From a bacterium (lineage in GTDB: Bacteria > UBA8248), in the NCBI GenBank assembly GCA_963692865.2, contig OY843592.1:3680001-3744000 (forward strand): 64,000 nucleotides of DNA, given 5' to 3'. The position numbers and the translations under genes were made by a program. Below the pieces are notes generated by a model. The model was not told where the DNA came from. It saw only the letters and a program-made list of their open reading frames with translations, and searched no databases. Below, piece by piece: positions 59,589-64,000 of this stretch; the stretch's first letter is position 1, and each line of letters opens with the position of its first letter.

Positions 59589-60629
59589 TCAAGCAGGCCC
59601 CGCCGCCTCGCCTCGGGCGCGCCGGAAACGGGGGAGGACTTCCTCTCCGAGCAGCCGAATCGCGTTCATTATCTTCTCGTGCGCAAGCCCCGGAAACTGC
59701 ATGCGGAAGTGCATGGAGGTCGTTCCGAGTTCCTCCTGGTATCGCTTAATCCGGCGAACGCAGTCATCCGGCGAGCCCAGGATGAAGCGCCCCCTGAGAT
59801 TCTCCGTGGCTTCCGCGCCCCGCTTCACCGGCCTGCCCTCGTCGTCCACCAGGTGGCCCCAGTCGAGATACTCCTGGTAGTTGTAGAGCATGGGTTCGCG
59901 CGCCTCCTCCCAGGCCCGCCCGCTATCCTCGGCCACGTAGGCTTCGCGCCGCAGGGGAAACTCTGCGCGTGATGCGTCCTTGCCCGCCTCGGCCAGGGCG
60001 TCGAGATAGATTTTTTTCCGCTCCTTGAGAACCTTGAGCGGCGTTACCGGATCGGCGAGCCACGCGTCCCCCATGCGCGCGGCGCGGCGGACGGCGGCGG
60101 GCAGCTTGGCCCCCACCCAGATGGGAGGGCATGGGTTCTGCTCGGGCCGGGGCATGAGGGTGACGTCCTCCATCGGAAAGCGGGGGCCCGGGTGCGTCAC
60201 GCCGCGCTCCGTCAACAGCCTGCGGACCAGCCCGAGCGCTTCCTCGAAGCGTGCGGCGCGATCCTCGAAAGGGACGCCGAAGGCCGCGAATTCCTCCCGC
60301 CTGTAGCCGAGCCCCACCCCCAGCACGAAGCGGCCCCGGGACATGATGTCCAGCACCGCGGCGTCCTCGGCCACCGCCAGCGGGTGGTAGAAGGGGAGGA
60401 GGAGGACGCAGGTGCCGACCCGCATCTTCTCCGTCCGGGTGGCGATGCCCGCGGCGGTGACCATGTTGGAGGGGAAGTAGCCGTTGTCCTCCACCATGTG
60501 GTGTTCGCTCGTCGTCACCATGTCGAAGCCGTAGCTCTCCGCCAGGGCGATCTGCTCGAGCGAATTGTGGTAGGCCTCCACCCAGTGCCCGGTGCGGGAC
60601 TGGTAGCTGTAGTGCAGGGCGAATTTCAT
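59589..60629 (-). CDS. LLM class flavin-dependent oxidoreductase
   Basis: SEHH, HPLAVAEDAAVLD, GVGLGYR..EF, PPIWVG. Confidence 0.92.
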   Translation of the reverse strand: MKFALHYSYQSRTGHWVEAYHNSLEQIALAESYGFDMVTTSEHHMVEDNGYFPSNMVTAAGIATRTEKMRVGTCVLLLPFYHPLAVAEDAAVLDIMSRGRFVLGVGLGYRREEFAAFGVPFEDRAARFEEALGLVRRLLTERGVTHPGPRFPMEDVTLMPRPEQNPCPPIWVGAKLPAAVRRAARMGDAWLADPVTPLKVLKERKKIYLDALAEAGKDASRAEFPLRREAYVAEDSGRAWEEAREPMLYNYQEYLDWGHLVDDEGRPVKRGAEATENLRGRFILGSPDDCVRRIKRYQEELGTTSMHFRMQFPGLAHEKIMNAIRLLGEEVLPRFRRARGEAAGPA

Positions 60630-60700
60630 GGCTCCTCCTCCTGAACGCTCCGTGAACTTCTTTCAGAAAAATTCCTGTCCGCGCCGCAGCCGGATGCCCT

Positions 60701-61179
60701 GGGGGCCCGCTGAAAAGCCCTCGCGGGTTGGATCAAACCACTCCCCCCTTGGGGGGGCTGTTGAAAAAGTCCCGCAATTGCCGGAATGACGGCGACGGGG
60801 CGCTGCCTTCCCGAAGGGTGTGTAGGTCAGACATATATGTCCGACATATCATGCGACCCGGATTTTCATGCCTCCTGCGAACGGGCCGCATCATATGCGG
60901 CCCCTACAAACCCCTCTGCTTTTCTCCTGCACGGCTTTTTCAACAACCCCTTGAGGGTCGGGCTTCCCGAGGGGAAAGCCCGACGAAGAGGCCGAGCGGT
61001 TTGTGCGAAGGCCAATTCGGTGGGGGGTGGAATGCGCTTTGTCGCCACTCCGAATCATACCCCCCACCGGCGCGACTTCGGGCTTCGCCCTCGTCTTGCC
61101 GTCGGTCTTCCCGAGGAAGAAAAACCGACCCTCAAGGGGGGAGTGGCTCCTCTCTCCTCGGCCTTTTTCAACATCCCCC
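60701..61179. mobile_element. nested MITE-like element E (inner element about 60752-60950)
   Basis: Outer ends GGGGGCCCGCTGAAAAG / CTTTTTCAACATCCCCC; inner GGGGCTGTTGAAAAAG / CTTTTTCAACAACCCC interrupts a CACTCCCCCCTTGAGGGTC module. Confidence 0.7.
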
Positions 61180-61241
61180 TTCAAGCCCCCTTTCCGCCGG
61201 AATTTCCGCCGGCGGAATCAGGCCATGCCCCAGACCGAAGG

Positions 61242-62204
61242 CTATTTCTTCTTCACGAGCTTGTTCACGAGCGCCTTCATGTTGTTGTTTTCCTCCACCA
61301 TGAAGGACTCGAAGTCCTTTCCGCTCATGTAGATCACCCGCTCGCCCATGCGCTTCACCATGGACTGGAAGGATTTGTCCTTCACCCCCTTGTCGAAGGC
61401 CGCCCGGAGCTTGGCCAGGATGTCGGCGGGCGTCTTCTTCGAAGCGAAGACCGTGCGGAACATGGCGAACTGGACGTCGAAGCCCTGCTCCTTCATGGTC
61501 GGCAGGTCGGGAAGCTGGGGCAGCCGGTCCGGCGCGGTGATGGCGAGAACGCGGACCGCCCCCTTGGAGAGCTGGGGCATCACCGTGGAGGCGAAGGCGG
61601 GAGCGATGTCGATGTGCCCGCCGAGGAAGGCCTTCCAGGTGGGGCCGCCGCCCTGGAACGGAACGAACTTCAGCTTGATGCCCGCCTTGAGCGAGAGAAG
61701 CTCCATGGGAATCTGGTCCACCCCCAGGCCGGGCACGCCGCCGAAGGATATCTTGCCCGGCCTGCGCTTGGCGTCCTCGATCAGGTCGCGCAGGTTCTTC
61801 CAGGGGGCGTCCTTCTTCACGGTGATGAGGAGGGGGCTGTAGTTGATTCGCCCCACCGGCGCGAAGGACGCCGCGGAATAGGGGAGGCTCTCCAGGAGAG
61901 GCTTCACCAGGATGCTCTGCTGGTCGCCCAGGATCAGGGTGTGCCCGTCCGCCCGCGCGCGGGCCACGAAGCTCGCCCCGATGGAGCCGCCGCCGCCCGC
62001 CCGGATGACCGCGAGCATGGGCTGGCCCAGATAGGGTTCCATGACGCTCGCGAAGGCGCGCGCGTGCGCGTCGTGCGAGCCGCCCGGCGAATAGGGGATG
62101 ACCAGCCGGACGGGCTTGTTCGGGAACTTCGCGGCTTCTGCGTGGGTCGGCGCCAGCCACAGCGCCATGGCCGCGATGAGTAAAACTGCCGAGAGTCTTT
62201 TCAT
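61242..62204 (-). CDS. tctC: tripartite tricarboxylate transporter substrate-binding protein
   Basis: FPNKPV.LVIPYSPGG..D, GGGGSIG, VPFQGGG, PDLPT. Confidence 0.92.
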   Translation of the reverse strand: MKRLSAVLLIAAMALWLAPTHAEAAKFPNKPVRLVIPYSPGGSHDAHARAFASVMEPYLGQPMLAVIRAGGGGSIGASFVARARADGHTLILGDQQSILVKPLLESLPYSAASFAPVGRINYSPLLITVKKDAPWKNLRDLIEDAKRRPGKISFGGVPGLGVDQIPMELLSLKAGIKLKFVPFQGGGPTWKAFLGGHIDIAPAFASTVMPQLSKGAVRVLAITAPDRLPQLPDLPTMKEQGFDVQFAMFRTVFASKKTPADILAKLRAAFDKGVKDKSFQSMVKRMGERVIYMSGKDFESFMVEENNNMKALVNKLVKKK

Positions 62205-62273
62205 GGGAATTCCCTCCTGTGGGTTGTTCCTGCCTTCCGTGAAATCACGCGCCCCGATTTGGTGAAGCCCTGC

Positions 62274-63779
62274 TCATTCATCGCCGGCCGGCGGGGATCG
62301 GCGGCGGGCGCCCCAGACGACGACACCTGCAGCCAGCAAAATGAAGACGAGAGAAATTGGCCGTCGGATGAACAGGGAGGGGTCGCCGTCTCCCAGGATG
62401 AGCGATTGTCCCAGGGAAGACTCGAACGCCCGGCCCAGAATGAATGTGATGATCAGGGGGGCTACGGGGAAGTCGAATTTTCGGAGAAAATAGCCCACCA
62501 CCCCGAAGACCAGCATCACCTTCACGTCGAAGAAGCTGTTGTTCAGCGCGTACGTCCCCACCACGCAGAACGCCGCCACCACGGGGAAGACCGCCTTCTT
62601 CGGGAGCCGCGCGATCCGGGCCACGTAGCGCAGGCTGAAGTGCCCGAGTATGAGCATGAGGACGTTGCAGAGCAGCATGGCGATCAGGATGCTGTAGACG
62701 ATCGCGCCGTGATCCTCGAACAGCCGCGGTCCCGGCCGGAGCCCCTGCACCATGAAGGCGGCGAAAAGCACCGCGGTCACGATGTCGCCCGGAATGCCGA
62801 AGCTGAGCAGGGGGATGAGGCTCGAACCGTTGACCGCGTTGTTGCCGGTCTCGGCGGCGGCCACTCCCTCCAGCGATCCTTTCCCGAAACGCTCGGGCTC
62901 CCTGGACCTCCGGTAGGCCAGGCCGTAGGAGACGAACGCGGACACCACCTGGCCCAGTCCCGGTATCGCGCCGATGATCGTGCCGACCACCGCAGAGCGG
63001 GAGATCGTCCGGCCGCAGTTCTTGAACTCCGCCAGGGTCAGGGGTTCGTTGCCCTCGGCGCGCCACGCGGTCATGCGGCTCTCATCCTCGGTATCCCGCT
63101 CCTCCCGGCTCCTCTCCCCGTAGAGGAATATCTCCGAGAGCGCGAAGATTCCGATCAGCATCGCGATGAACGAGATGCCTCCTGTGAGGTCCACCGAACC
63201 GAAGGTGAAGCGCCGCACCCCGATCAGGGGGTCCAGGCCGACCGAACTCAGAAACAGCCCGAGGGCGGCGGACATCAGCCCCCGGATCACCGAGCGGCCC
63301 GTGACGCAACTGATGATGGCGAAGCTGAATATGAAGATGGCGAAATATTCCGGGGGACCCACCAGGAGGGCGACCGCCGCGATGGCGCCCGCGATGAAGA
63401 TGGTGACGAGATCGCTGAAGGTGTCCCCGATGACGGAGGAGTAGAGGGCCATCTCGAGGGCCTTTCTCGCCTTGCCCTGCCGGGCGAGGGGGTAGCCGTC
63501 CAGGACGGTGGCGGCGGCCGCTCCCGTCCCCGGCGTGTTGATGAGAATCGCGGGTATCGATCCGCCGAAAATCGCTCCCTTCGTGATGGCCAGGAGGAAG
63601 GGAATCCCCAGAACGGGTTCGACGAAGAAGGAGACCGGCAGCAGAACCGCCACCGCCATCGCGGCCGTGAGGCCGGGGAGGCCGCCCACCACGATCCCCA
63701 GCAGCATTCCGATCACCAGGACGGCCAGCACGTCGAAGCGCAGGCTCAGGAGCAGGCCTTCTCCCAGCTGGGCCCACAT
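62274..63779 (-). CDS. tctA: tripartite tricarboxylate transporter large permease
   Basis: GGLPGL, GGSIPAILINTPG, DGYP, ETGNNA, GIPGD. Confidence 0.94.
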   Translation of the reverse strand: MWAQLGEGLLLSLRFDVLAVLVIGMLLGIVVGGLPGLTAAMAVAVLLPVSFFVEPVLGIPFLLAITKGAIFGGSIPAILINTPGTGAAAATVLDGYPLARQGKARKALEMALYSSVIGDTFSDLVTIFIAGAIAAVALLVGPPEYFAIFIFSFAIISCVTGRSVIRGLMSAALGLFLSSVGLDPLIGVRRFTFGSVDLTGGISFIAMLIGIFALSEIFLYGERSREERDTEDESRMTAWRAEGNEPLTLAEFKNCGRTISRSAVVGTIIGAIPGLGQVVSAFVSYGLAYRRSREPERFGKGSLEGVAAAETGNNAVNGSSLIPLLSFGIPGDIVTAVLFAAFMVQGLRPGPRLFEDHGAIVYSILIAMLLCNVLMLILGHFSLRYVARIARLPKKAVFPVVAAFCVVGTYALNNSFFDVKVMLVFGVVGYFLRKFDFPVAPLIITFILGRAFESSLGQSLILGDGDPSLFIRRPISLVFILLAAGVVVWGARRRSPPAGDE

Positions 63780-63780
63780 C

Positions 63781-63999
63781 CTAGAAAACCCCGCCCGAAA
63801 GTCTGCCTTCCGGCAGAACGACGCCCAGGAAATGCCCGAAGAAAACCCGGATGAAGAGCGGGGTGAGGAGGGAGATCAGCGCGATTGTCCGCCAATCACG
63901 CCCCCCGAGCTGAACGGCGAAAAGGGCGACCGCGACGGGGGTGGCGGGGAGCATTCCGAACCACTCGACGAGCAGGATGTAGAGGGCGAAGGTGGCGAC
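63781..63999 (-). CDS. tctB: TctB small subunit, C-terminal part (5' end outside window)
   Basis: Own translation ...LYILLVEWFGML...FFGHFLGVVLPEG...stop; abuts tctA. Confidence 0.8.
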   Translation of the reverse strand, partial: VATFALYILLVEWFGMLPATPVAVALFAVQLGGRDWRTIALISLLTPLFIRVFFGHFLGVVLPEGRLSGGVF

Positions 64000-64000
64000 C

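Overview
GC-rich bacterial chromosomal window with about 55 CDS, one tRNA-Glu(TTC), and no CRISPR, integrase or transposase. Contents: (i) 0-19 kb, a catabolic region with a sulfatase, enolase-superfamily enzyme, three MBL hydrolases, a divergent adenine-deaminase/SDR/sugar-ABC operon and two type II TA pairs; (ii) 20-39.4 kb, a surface-glycan locus with two AsnB-like amidotransferases, two O-antigen-ligase-like proteins, an ABC flippase, an atypical NeuA-NeuB fusion and a translationally coupled LarA-family nickel-pincer enzyme; (iii) 44-48.4 kb, an unusual operon of a secreted di-heme MauG/CcP-like protein coupled to a PhnDCE-like ABC transporter with an altered binding pocket and an upstream DtxR-like palindrome; (iv) amt/P-II, an orphan cbtB, a CxxU Rdx selenoprotein truncated in the ORF track and coupled to MOSC, an HMGS-like/DUF35 plus thiolase pair, an LLM and tctABC. 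Five intergenic spacers are nested mosaics of TIR-bounded MITE-like elements and GTAG-type REP hairpins. All family calls come from motif recognition by eye, not database searches.
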